Source: Gekko japonicus (Eukaryota). Taken from it: a stretch of DNA of 64,000 nt. The notes under the pieces were generated by a model, which was not told where the DNA came from, did not search any database, and saw only the letters and a list, made by a program, of their open reading frames with translations. The first letter of the stretch is position 1. Every line of letters starts with the position of its first letter. The position numbers and the translations under genes are program-made. The stretch is taken from positions 1 through 64,000 of the forward strand of contig NW_015163753.1 of NCBI RefSeq assembly GCF_001447785.1. Direction: 5' to 3'. Positions 1 through 11,369 of this stretch are shown here, piece by piece.

Positions 1-58
1 GTCTTAAGCACACATACACACATTTATGGGATACTGATATTAAGATTGTTCCTGAGCA

Positions 59-195
59 CATGAAGCAGCCTTATAATGAAACAGACCAGTGGGCCAACAA
101 AGTCAGTACTCAGATTGGCAGTGATTCTCCAGGGCCTCTGCTAGAGGACTTTCATATCACCTACAATCTGATCCTTTACTTTAGATGCTGGGACA
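59..195 (-). mobile_element. tRNA-derived SINE fragment (Squam2-like), 3' part
   Basis: catgaagcagccttata...agtcagtactcagattggcag...ttcatatcacctac is the reverse complement of the same body seen in the + copy at 57897-58150. Confidence 0.55.
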
Positions 196-985
196 CACAC
201 ATACATACATCATAGCCGATGTATGTAGAGAAAGAACATATCAACCATACAGGTTTTATACTCTGAGCACTTAAAATTGACTACGTGGATGCTTGATACA
301 GAAGTTGATTAGCAAATGATAATGCCTATTTATGCTAACGTATTAACTGGCAATTACTCCCAGGTAAGCATAAATACAGTTGTATCTTCAGAAAGATCTG
401 AGGCAGCTTAAGACAAATGGATGTTGTCATATGTTGAACATCGTCATGTCCCCAAACCATCATCACTTATGACTTCCTGAAAATGTTTCTAAACAGGACT
501 GAGACCAGGATGAAATATACTGTTTGTGTGTCACACAATCCAGAAATCTGTTCTAAGTGCTGCAGCTTTGGTTCAACACATATAAGTTATGACTCAGAAT
601 TAATTTCTTTGTAATAGCTCGAAATCCCTGCATGATAAGGAACATTGAAACTGTGTTATGATTTCTGGTAGTTTACATTTCTGAAGCTCTTTCTATTTAA
701 AGGTTTGTACCAATAAATTAGTGGTCTATTATAACATAGTGGATTGGACCTAGTCAGTTTTTTTACCTTTAATCTTTCCCAACTCACTGTGAGAGACTCT
801 TCAGATGGCATTAGTTTATGCAGGTCTCACAATCCCCATCATACCCTTTTGGGATGCCTTCTTCCAGGTTTACAGGTAGAAAAGGCAGTTGGATTCATCC
901 CAATGCATCAGTGTGTGCGAGAGTTTTACCTAAAAATGGTTTTTTAAAAAGAAATCCTGATGTGTTTTATTTTCAAGAAAAAGAG

Positions 986-1924
986 ATGGCAAATGCAAAA
1001 TGGGAAAACCAAACCAACATTGCAGAAGTAACTTTCCTGGGATTTGGGGATGTAAAGGACCTGCGGATTCCTCTCTTCTCTTTATTTCTTCTGATCTATG
1101 TCTACACGATGGCTGGCAACATCCTCATCATTGTCCTAGTAATTTCTGAACCACAGCTTCATACCCCCATGTACTTCTTCTTATGCAACTTGTCCTGCTT
1201 GGATAGCTGCACAGTTTGCACCATCCTCCCAAAGATGCTTGCTTCCTTCCTGACTGGGGATGGAAATATATCACTATGGGGCTGTATTGCTCAGTTTTAC
1301 TCTTTTGCTTCCCTAACCGCTACACAATGTTACCTCTTAGTGATGATGTCTTATGATCGATATTTAGCCATCTGCAAACCTCTGCACTATGTCTCTATTA
1401 TGAACACTAAGCTATGCATTCGTCTGGCAGCTGGCTCTTGGATCAATGGATTCATAGAGATGTCAGTATTTGTCATATTGATATCACATTTAGTATTCTG
1501 TGGCCCCAAGGATATTGACCATTTCTTCTGTGAAATAACCCAAATTGTGAAACTTTCTTGCAGTGAAACAAAGACCATCGAGCTTATGCTTACTGTGTTT
1601 TCATCCATCTTTACCCTGCCACCATTTATAGTAACTGTGGCATCCTACATATATATCATCAAGAACATCATGAGAATCCCATCCACCACTGGGAAGAAAA
1701 AGGCTTTCTCCACTTGTTCTTCTCATCTTATTGTAGTTTCAATTTTCTATGGGACCCTGGTACTTGTTTATGTGGTTCCGAAGACTGAGAAGTTGAGAGC
1801 ACTAAACAAAATCTTTGCTGTCTTTTATACTGTTTTGACTCCACTGCTCAATCCAATGATATATAGCTTGAGAAACCGAGAGATGAAGGAAGCCCTCAGA
1901 AAGTTTCTGAAGAAATGTGTCTAG
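986..1924 (+). CDS. Olfactory receptor, class II, OR11/OR6-like (312 aa)
   Basis: Single-exon 7TM ORF with OR motifs LHTPMYFFLCNLS, MSYDRYLAICKPLHY, KAFSTCSSHL and PMIYSLRN. Start placed at MANAKWENQT (N-glycosylation site), just after the acceptor-like tgtgttttattttcaag; the upstream part of the 818 ORF is probably intronic. Confidence 0.96.
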   Translation: MANAKWENQTNIAEVTFLGFGDVKDLRIPLFSLFLLIYVYTMAGNILIIVLVISEPQLHTPMYFFLCNLSCLDSCTVCTILPKMLASFLTGDGNISLWGCIAQFYSFASLTATQCYLLVMMSYDRYLAICKPLHYVSIMNTKLCIRLAAGSWINGFIEMSVFVILISHLVFCGPKDIDHFFCEITQIVKLSCSETKTIELMLTVFSSIFTLPPFIVTVASYIYIIKNIMRIPSTTGKKKAFSTCSSHLIVVSIFYGTLVLVYVVPKTEKLRALNKIFAVFYTVLTPLLNPMIYSLRNREMKEALRKFLKKCV

Positions 1925-2034
1925 TCCATTAGACTTCGGTGAAATGGAATTGGTGTCCTCCTCACTAGTTAGGGATTAGGCTTCCTTTCTAATCACAAAC
2001 CATTTCTTACCTTGGATCAGATCCAAAGACTTAT

Positions 2035-2295
2035 GTGCATTAAGAGTCTTCCTTTGATGGATCAGACCAATGGTTCATCTACTCCAGCTTCCTGTCTCAC
2101 ACATTGGCCAACCAGCTCATCTAGGCAGTCAACAACAGGGCATAGAGACCAAGGCCTTCCCCTGATTCTGCCTCCTGGCTCTGGGATTCAGAGGTTTAGT
2201 GCCTCTAAATGTGGAGGCTCCCCTCAGTCACCATGGCTAGTAGCCATTGAGAGACTTGTCCTCCATAATTCTATCCAATACCCTTTTAAAACTGT
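2035..2295 (-). mobile_element. CR1-type LINE 3' end fragment
   Basis: ggatcagaccaatggttcatctactccagc...tggccaaccag...gtagccattga resembles the reverse-strand reptile CR1 3' end; a related copy lies at 13550-13760. Confidence 0.6.
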
Positions 2296-2890
2296 TAATT
2301 CCTGTGGCCTATGGAGGACCTCTCTCTGATAAAAGAGAGTGTCTGGATGCAATCCATCTTTCCCCCAGTATAAAATTAGTCGTGGAGAATTGGTCAGACA
2401 GTGCTGATTTTTTCTTCTTCATAAATAGATTAGACTAATACTTTCACAAGGGAAGGGAGACAGGGACAGGATTCAGCCAGCTGAGTGAGTCTTTCTGGCC
2501 AATGGGGGAGTTTTTTTTCTCTCCTTCATAATGTCATAAAGGTGCTTGTTTTTATAGGCAAGGTCTTTGACCATTTCCATCATAACTAGTTTAGCAAGGA
2601 TAGGGTAAGTTCCTAATGGTAGGTAGGGAATTAGGAAAGTACCCTGAGTCACCAGAAATGATGAAGAGCATGTCCTGAACAGCACACCATTGGCCTTGCA
2701 GCAGGGAGGAGCTTGGGAAGGAGTAACTATTGGTGCTCTGCAACATCTTCCAGAACCTGGTAGTGGCCTTGTGGCACATCAGGGGAAGGGGATGAGGATT
2801 GGCTCCTCTTGGCACATTATGCTGCTGTTTTGCTGATAAACGAAGGTGGCCTATGTTTTAACTTATGTATGAATTATAATTCTATATATT

Positions 2891-3072
2891 CAGGGCTATT
2901 TTTATAGCAGAAACTCCTTTGCATATTAGGCGACACACCCCTAATGTAGCCAATCCTTCAAGAGCTTACAGAGCTCTTCTTACAGGGGCTACCATAAGCT
3001 CTTGGAGGATTGGCTACATTAGGGGTGTGTCGCCTAATATGCAAAGGATTTCCTGCTACAAAAAGAGCCCTG
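2891..3072. mobile_element. Palindromic non-autonomous DNA transposon (MITE)
   Basis: Ends cagggctattttt / aaaagagccctg; arms of about 75 bp are near-perfect reverse complements (ctttgcatattaggcgacacacccctaatgtagccaatcc / ggattggctacattaggggtgtgtcgcctaatatgcaaag). Confidence 0.85.
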
Positions 3073-3993
3073 ATTGATCCTAAATGTCATGTTAAATTTA
3101 CTATGCCAATAAAGGTACTGTACATGCACTTGATAAACAAAGGTGGTGGAAGATGCTGTCCAAGTTTGAATCAGGATGGATCTATCCAACATGACTTCTC
3201 TTATGTTCACTTATATTCTTAGGTTCTTACATGCAGACCATACACAGTGAATTGACATGTTAGTTTCCTCTTCATTTCATAGGAGCCTCAAGAAGCAAGT
3301 GAAGGTGTCGAAATAGAGCATACGTGCAAGGTCTCATGAAGCCTGCTCCTACCCTTCTTTCACTGCATTCTGTTTCCTTCAGCATTTTCCTCCCAACTCA
3401 GCTGAACTCCCATTGGGGAGCATAGAGGGACAAAGTATGTCCCCAGAACAAAAAGTGGGATGTAGAATGGAGCTGGACTGAACTCCCATGCATTCTGCTG
3501 CTGTCCATCCATCCCTCCTTCCTGTCTACCAGTTTGTACAAATAAAATGTCCCCTACAGGAGCAGTAAGCAGGTTATTGTCATGCAGTGGGGCAAAGTCT
3601 TCATTGCGGGCCTGAGGAGAGGGAAAGGGCTGTCAGCGTATCGGAAGCACTAATAACAACACAATCCAGAGTTGGCTAGGTGCTGAACTATTTACAGTGG
3701 TTTATTTACAGCAACTATATACATACAGTCCATCAGCACTTGTAGTTCCCAATTCATCAGGCAAACCGACAAAGTGCTCTGCATAAAATTCCATCCACAA
3801 GAGTGAACAATGCCATACAGACTGTACTCAATATATACATCAGAGCACCAATCAGAATTGTAGTGCTGACTCATGGTGACAGTAGTTAGGATGATGCAAC
3901 CCTGGACCTGGTGACATGTCACATGACACACTAACTGTCACCTCAGATCTAGATGATCTACTATACTAACTGTACCCAGGCTGTCATCTTGCC

Positions 3994-4488
3994 TGTCATA
4001 CATTACAGTATGCCGTCAAGGGCAAAGGGTGAAGGAGGAGCAAACACCACACAGTATTTGGAGACAATAGGCCACGGCTTTATTGTATGCATGCTTGTAG
4101 CTACAGTGAGGAATCTCGGGGCTAGGCCCCCTGACTTACTGGCAAGGCCCCACGACTTCCCATCCAGCCCAGGGCCCCCGGCAGGTGCAAGGAAGGAACT
4201 GGGTATTCCTTTAATTTGATTAGCCAGTCCCCCCTAAGAAATTTAAATGCCCCCTGACTTTAAAAATCCTGGCTATGGGCCTGATTGTATGCAACTGCAG
4301 GAGCACTGATGCAGCATGATGATGGATACCGCATTGGGCAACCTGCCTGCCACCCAATGTAACCCCATCCCCCCCAGCCCACCTGTTGGGGGAGACTGCA
4401 GAGTGGCAAGCCCTGGGATCCCATGTGGGTGCAAGCTGCTGCATGGCTCCCTTGCCACCTGGTGGTGAAAGCCACCTGACATCCCCCC
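3994..4488 (-). mobile_element. Probable LTR-retrotransposon 3' LTR with polypurine tract
   Basis: TGTCA...TGACA termini (3994-4481), minus-strand AATAAA near 4080, and minus-strand GGGGGGA immediately before TGTCA (4482-4488). No TSD found. Confidence 0.4.
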
Positions 4489-7400
4489 AGCTCGTGTAAT
4501 GAAAGAACTGCCCTATGATTCCTGCAGATGAGGCTGGCTGGCAGTGCCTTTTTTATCACAATGGGAGTGTGGGCAATTCAGAGCCTCGGGGTTTTCATGT
4601 AGATTGCCTATTTTTCCATCCAGGGTAACTGAATGAGGTGTCCTCCTTCTTCCCCCTCAGCCTTTGGCTTTTCACTTCTGCTGGCCATGACTTACATAGT
4701 GCATGGCATAGAAGAACGTGGGTCTCAACACAAACATGGAGGCAAGGTGTGCAAAAATGAAGGCAGTATGGTAACAGGTTGATTCAGAAACGTAGAAAAA
4801 GGTAGGATTTGTAGCTGACATACTATGACAAGCATGTCACATTTCTGATTGGGCATTTCCCATCATGACCCATGCCTACAAGGAAGGATTTGAGCAGGGG
4901 AGGCTTCCCAGTGTGTTGTAGGTTGATTCACAGCAAAGTTGCAGTCTGTTGATGAGTTGTGTAATGGAATAGGGGTGTTACATTGGGACTTTCTTAGTTT
5001 CTGTATATTCTTCCCTTGTTACTTAATGACTTTTTTTGTACCTGACACATCTCTGGCCAGATTCACAGTTATACCGAATGCACAGGGTCCTGCTAAACTC
5101 ACAGCCAGATTCTGCTTTTGCTGAGACACTATTGATGGGCATTTTCATAATATTTTCAACCTAGGATCTTAGTGAGTTGTGAAAATGCACTCCCTTGATT
5201 TAAAAAAAAAAACATTGTTTTCTGTCTTGGGGGGGGTCTCCTTGCTTGGGATGAAATTGCAACTATCTTTTCCCATTTCCAGACGAATAAAATGGAATTA
5301 AAAATATTACTATTAAAATTGTCAGTTGTGTCAAAATTGTGTAAAGTGCTGTATGAGTGTGTAAAAAATGGTGTAGAATGGCATGGAGTGGCAAAAAAGA
5401 AACAAATTGGATACACCAGCAAGAGAAACGGGTGAAATGAAATGTTCATATTTGTTTATTACTAGATGCCACGCATCCCAAATTGTTTGAACTTGAGGGG
5501 GCATTGCCCACCTCCAAAACTGGGAGCCATATTGGTAATTTATTAGATGAAGCCATAGATTAGGAAGAGAAGCACCTCTTTTTATAAACCAGGACTCAAC
5601 TAGCATTTCTGAACCCTCAGATCAACCAATGGAATCTTCAAGGAAAGAGAAGGCACACTAAGGAAGATGAGGGCCATAAAGTTATGTGTTCTACATTGTG
5701 ATGATCATCAGTGTTCTTGGCAACTCTGTTGCTCATTTTTACCATAACAGTAATGAAGAACAGTGTCTACATCAGTGGAAAAAGGTTTCTGGGGAATTTA
5801 CTAATGGGGTAAGATGCAATGTATCAGGGATCAGGCATGTGGGCTAAAGAAAAAGAAACAATCTATTCAAGTCTCAAGAAGTTAACAGAGAAACTATTAC
5901 AAGCCAATCAAGACAAAGAAATAATAATGTTTCTGCTTCAAATCATATGCATAAAAAATAAAATAAAAGTTGCCTCAGGGGTCCAGAAAGGGAACAGAAA
6001 TAAAGCCACAAACAGTCAGATCCATGATTTATAAGAAGAATTGTGTGAGGAAACTATAGGTAAGAAGAATAACTGTGAGCATTTTAATACTGAGGGAGAG
6101 CAAATATTTTCTTCTACACTAATCCTAAAACTTTAATAATTTTAAAGGAGTATCACTAAATTCTGTACTGACATTTCCTGGTACAGATGGGCTTATTTCA
6201 GAAGATTTCACAACCATGATTTAACCAGGACTCGGTGGTTAGAGTTCTGTGCTTGAAGGTGGAGACCCAGGTAAAATTATTATTCTGCTTTTTAAACCTC
6301 ATGTTAAAAATGTATTTGAGATGAAGTGGGAAAATATATTGACTAGGGAAGGCGAACATGGGTTTCAAATGGTTAATAGGGTTCCTTGCAATACATCTGT
6401 AAATGTTCTCAACCTATTTCAATCTTTTCTTTGGTATATTTGCAGAGAGAAAAATCAACATGCTATATGCATGCCCACTCATTTCTTGCAGTGTTACGTA
6501 TAAATTGCCATTTAAATCTATAATACTGCCAGTCTGAGGAAAATACTAAGTGGCAAAATTTTGTGGGACAAACCTACTATTATGTTTACTGAATTATGCA
6601 AGATATGTTATCCTGTATCACAGAAAAAATAGTTGAATGACAGCATCTAAACTCTGGAAAGAGAAAAAAAAATGTCAACTATTAAGTGAGTGGCTAAATA
6701 AAAGATATAATACAAAACATTAAAAAACAAGCAAACAAATAAAATAAACAAGTTGTTAGACAAACAACAAATCCTCCTGCCCAATGCATGTATTGGATTT
6801 GCATGGAATAGATTACATAGTTACTTTGTATTTTATAGGATTGATTTCCTGTTAATATCATGTGTGCAAATAGTAATACAAATTGTTGACTGGGAGGGTA
6901 ACCCATGGTACCTTTTAAATAATATATTTAAGAAGGTATATGAATATGTTTTCAGCTCTAAATCTTGCCCCATGATCCTTGAAGTCAATGTATCTTATCC
7001 TACTTACTCTTAGTCATGAATCTAATAGTTTTTGACCCTTCTAGCTAATGGTGGGGAAGGAGGAATCTTTAAAAAATTAGTAAAGAAATAAAAATATCCA
7101 TCAAAGCAAATCAATGAAATGGATTTCAGTCAGACACATCTGAAGTATACTTAGACTGGTTTATAGATTAGGATATCATTCTAAATTTCTTTGTGGTTCT
7201 TACTTCTCATTAAAGTTAGTTAAACTTTAATTATGGAAGGATCACAATTTTGTTGTGTTTAGACTTCTGTGGAACCCTCCCAAATAGGTTTTCAAAAAGA
7301 GACACTGCATGTTTTTTTTTAAAAAAAATACAGAATTTGAACAGCATATTGACAGAATATCATAGCCCTGTTTACATGTCTCAGTGAATACAAATACATC

Positions 7401-7789
7401 CCTGCCTGTGTGTGCATATATCTGTTTGTAAGCAAGAATCAACATGTGTTCACTTTACTAATGAAATCGGGCACCAGTACCTGGATAAATATACTCTTTG
7501 TATCACACATTCAGCTATACGTCTATTGACTTCAATATGAGAAGTACTCTTTGCATGTATAAAGATCAATCAAGTGCACAGTACTATACATGGATTGTAT
7601 GTGTATTCGTTGTTGCTTGTGAAGAGGGATGGTAAAACCAAAGGTTGCAGTACACAGGGATTTTTGAAATTTGACTCCTTATGGAAATTTTCAGGCACAC
7701 CTTCTTTCAATTTTCAGATATTTTTTTATATATATGTAAGGCTCCTGCTCTTTCACTTCTGAAGATCAAAGAATGGTGATGCATGATGT

Positions 7790-7942
7790 GTGCAGTTTGG
7801 TGTAGCGGTTAAGTGTATGGACTTTAATATGGGAGAATCGTGCTTGATTCCCCACTCCTTTCTCCTTCTCCTTCTCCTTCTCCTTCTCCTTCTCCTTCTC
7901 CTCCTCCTCCTCCTCCACCTCCTCCCCCTCTTCTTCCCCCCC
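7790..7942 (+). repeat. SINE head (Squam3-like) followed by (TTCTCC)n/(CTC)n microsatellite
   Basis: cagtttggtgtagcggttaag...ttgattccccactcc followed by a pure pyrimidine repeat; this explains the poly-R/L/P ORFs. Confidence 0.75.
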
Positions 7943-8310
7943 AAGTGTTCACTAAGAAGAAAACCAGCTCCTTCCTTTTACTTTTTGGTCAACTGGTGCT
8001 AAAGTCCTGGGATGAATTACATGCATTCAGTGCTTTCATTTCAGTCTTGTCAAGTTGAAATGTCAGACTGCTATCTATACTTTTTACGTCTTCACTTATT
8101 CTCAGTTCCCAAACCCATGGCTGCTTTAGCACTTCTCATGACATCTCTAGTGATATCTGTAGTCTCTCTTTCATTTTTTTCAGCAATTTAAAGGGATTCT
8201 GAAGGCCACTCAGCTTCAGAAGGTCTAACTAGGTAACAAGAAATAAATGTTATTCTGTACATCTTGTGGATTAGTTAGACCTTTTGAAGTTTGAAGCTGT
8301 TGTTGTGATG

Positions 8311-8814
8311 TAGGGATGGGCACAAACCCACAAACAAACCGTGGTTCAAGCACAAACCAGGCCATTTAATGGTTTGTGAACCAGGGGTTTGGGTGAAGGT
8401 ATCTCCCACAATCTGTGCACAAATCTCCATGTTTGTGAGGTTCGTGGGAGACATGTTCTTGGGCTCTGAAGGGATTTAAATGCCTTCGGAGCCCAACTCT
8501 AGGTCATTTTAGCCCAATTGAGCTCCGAAGGCCTTTATCGGCCTTCAGAGCTCACTTCCAGGTAGGGCCTAGCCATATCAGGGCCTGCCCATATAAGGCC
8601 TATAAAAACCTTCAAAGCTCACTCTAGGAGCTCATTTGGGACAGCCCAACCTGGAGGTGGGCTCTGAGTGCATTTAAATGCCTTTGGATCTCACTTCCAA
8701 GTGGGCTGAACTGCACAACCATGAACCGGAGTTCATGGAGGTTCAGGTTTCATGAAAACCCCAAACCACAAACCTCCAATGAACCTCCATTTTCTGGGCT
8801 CATGCCCATCCCTA
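8311..8814. mobile_element. MITE with TAGGGATGGGCA terminal inverted repeats
   Basis: tagggatgggca (8311) / tgcccatcccta (8814); internal repeated palindromic units. Confidence 0.75.
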
Positions 8815-9903
8815 TTTTGATATTTTCTTAGAAGCACCCTCTATAGTACCTAAAGACAGAATTGAATCCAATCACACCATGACAATGGAAGGGCAGTTTC
8901 TCTGTGCTTCAGCCTTCTGTAAAAAGAAGATTCTTAATTTAGTGGAAGGGAGTTATTACATCCAGTTCAATGACTCCAGTCCAACCATATGCTCTCACTG
9001 CTGCCCAGTAGTATTGCTACAGAAAGATAAATCCTTTTTGTTACGAAATTCATTTTTAGATACAGCAGTTGATTCCTCTTATTCTCTTTTGTCTTTTTTT
9101 TAAATAGAGGTTTCTTTGAAAAGAAATCAGTGCATTTTGCAACTTTTCAGTTGTTTTATGTTACATAACACAGGGTGGTGTTCTAGCAGGAGGAAAGGAA
9201 GGCTTGGAAAAAGATAACTTACCTGTGAGCATCTGCAGAATGAAATTCTGAAATTTTTCAGTATCTCCCTTCCCACCCTTCCCTTCTTTGAATAGCTCTT
9301 TGATTAAAGTGGATTTGATTAGCACTTGACTCTAAATTCCTAAAAAGTGGGTGAGAAACATGATTGTTGGATTTCAGGAAGAAATTTGCTAAATCAGAAT
9401 TAAGAAAATTTCTCTTAACAATGCACAGAGATTAAGATTGAATCCACCTCAAAGATAATTGTCCCTTCTATTACCAATGACAGTGGCAGATATTTCTTTG
9501 CAGAGTCAGGAACCACATGTCTAGTACACAGCTGCATGCACAGTTCCTTGTCCAGCTAAAGCATCATTCACAGAAGGCCATTTCTCTGATGGAATGAATT
9601 ATTTACAACCTTTGGATATGATTCAACAAGTTGTGAATTTCCAATATTTGTCCAGCAATGTTATTGCAAAGAGCAACAATCCAAAGGACCACATATTAAA
9701 ATTTGTAGGTCCTGAAATGACAGGAGAGCATATTCCGTTTTCGGGAATATGGCCAATGTGCAAATCAGTACTCAAATGATTCAATTTCTGTATTCAAAGA
9801 TTCTCTGTATTTATTTTCAAATTCCACATGCACTCTATTGAATTTGTAGACTTTGATTGTAGTACTATTAATATTCCCTTTCATATGTTCTTTTTTTTTT
9901 CAG

Positions 9904-9937
9904 GCCAAGGCCTGAATATGTGTGTGAGAAAGAGCAG
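9904..9937 (+). other. Putative upstream micro-exon of the OR at 11370 (contains an ATG at 9918)
   Basis: Strong acceptor (gttc-T10-cag|) and strong donor (CAG|gtgagt) 34 nt apart. Confidence 0.55.
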
Positions 9938-10353
9938 GTGAGTGAGAGAAAGAGAGATATACTATGTAATTACTGTAGCATGCTCAGTGTCTCCTAATCT
10001 CATTGTGTTCCTCTTCAGGCCCTGAATGCAAGCACACCTGTGGAAGGTAGACTTTCCAGCCTCCAGGTGGGGTCTGGGCCTGGGGATCTACCTGAATTAT
10101 AGCTGATCTCCATACAGCTGAGATCCATTCATTTGGAGAAAGTAGCTGTTGTACTACTAAGATTCCTTCCCCGCCCCAAACCCTGCCTTCCCTAGGCTCC
10201 CCCCTACCCCAAAAAAACCTCAGGAATTTCCTAACATGGAGCTGATAGCCCCAATGAAAAGAAAGCAAGCCTGGAGTTTGGAGCCAGGTAGGGCAGGAGT
10301 GTGTCAGCCAGGCTGAAAACTGATTGATTGATGAAGTCAATGTGTGTAATGTT

Positions 10354-10695
10354 TAGGGTTGCCAAATCTTATTCACTCACCGGCGGGGGGAGCGTCTTCC
10401 GCTCCGGGAGCTGGCTGGGGACATGTGTGTGCGTGCGCGCACCACCAGAACGTCACCGGAAGTGATGCACGATGTAGGCACATTGGGGGCGTGGCCCAGA
10501 TCATCGGGGGGGAAACCATATGGTTTCCCCCCCAATGATCTGGGCCACGCCCCCAACGTGCCCTACGTCGTGTGTCACCTCTGGTGACGCAGCTTCAGGG
10601 GCCGGGGTTCCCCCCAGGGCCAGATTCTGCCGCAGCGGAAATCGGGCCTCCAAAGCGGGGGTTTCCCCGCCCCCCACCCCCATTTGGCAGCCCTA
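10354..10695. mobile_element. hAT-type MITE
   Basis: TIRs tagggttgccaaa / tttggcagcccta; perfect 8-bp TSD gtaatgtt (10346-10353 and 10696-10703); CpG-rich internal palindrome centred on ccatatgg. Confidence 0.9.
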
Positions 10696-11369
10696 GTAAT
10701 GTTTGGGGTTGGGCACATGTGGGGCCTAGAGAAATAACACTTAGGCCTGCTAGTGAAATTTTAACTTAAAAAGAAGAAGAACTGGGAATCAGAAAGCAAT
10801 GAAGCTAAAGATTTTTAATAGATGGTGGGTCAGAAAGGAAAACAAACAGCAAAAAAGCAAGGGAGCCTAGTGGGGCAGTGAACACCCTGCCTCCTCCACT
10901 GCTGCCACCATTTCAGCTTTTTTCCTGCCTGTCCCTCATCTTGCACCTGCCTAGGAACTGGAACAGCTAATACGCCTTCCTCCTGTCTTTTTCAATATGT
11001 CTGAGAGGAAATGAGGTCAGGAGTGTCAGAGTTTGTTCTAGCTCCCAGGCAGGAAAGGGTCAGGGTGGTTTTGTTGTAGCAGCAGCAGCACCCTGGTTGA
11101 ACCAATAGATGTGTGTGTTCATGTGCATGTGTGAAACAAGAGAAGAACATAGACTGGGGAGGGGGAAGATGAGGAGGATGAAATCTAAAAGGCCACCAGC
11201 CCAGCATTTAAACAGAGCCATCCTTGGTTGATTATATTTATTTACGATGTTATCATAGGAAGATGACAGGTGCTTTCCCCCCCCTTTCAGTGAATCATTC
11301 CCCTGTCTCCAATGTGTGAGTGGCTCGTGTGGCGAAAACACAAAGGAAATCTTGGAAGAACTGCCAAGG

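Noticed and set aside
818-985. 56-aa N-terminal extension of the first OR in the ORF track
   Set aside because: An acceptor-like tract ends at 977, the paralogous pseudogene preserves only the acceptor-plus-ATG context, and MANAKWENQT is a typical OR start
1387-1608. Short antisense or alternative-frame ORFs inside OR and V2R exons (also 11885, 23194, 41363, 50503, 55882)
   Set aside because: Expected by-products of hydrophobic codon usage; no independent evidence
5400-5620. Possible RTE-X/LINE RT remnant on the minus strand (YGSQFW)
   Set aside because: Too degraded to assign without an alignment
7753-8058. Poly-Arg, poly-Leu and Ser-Pro ORFs
   Set aside because: Translations of a microsatellite
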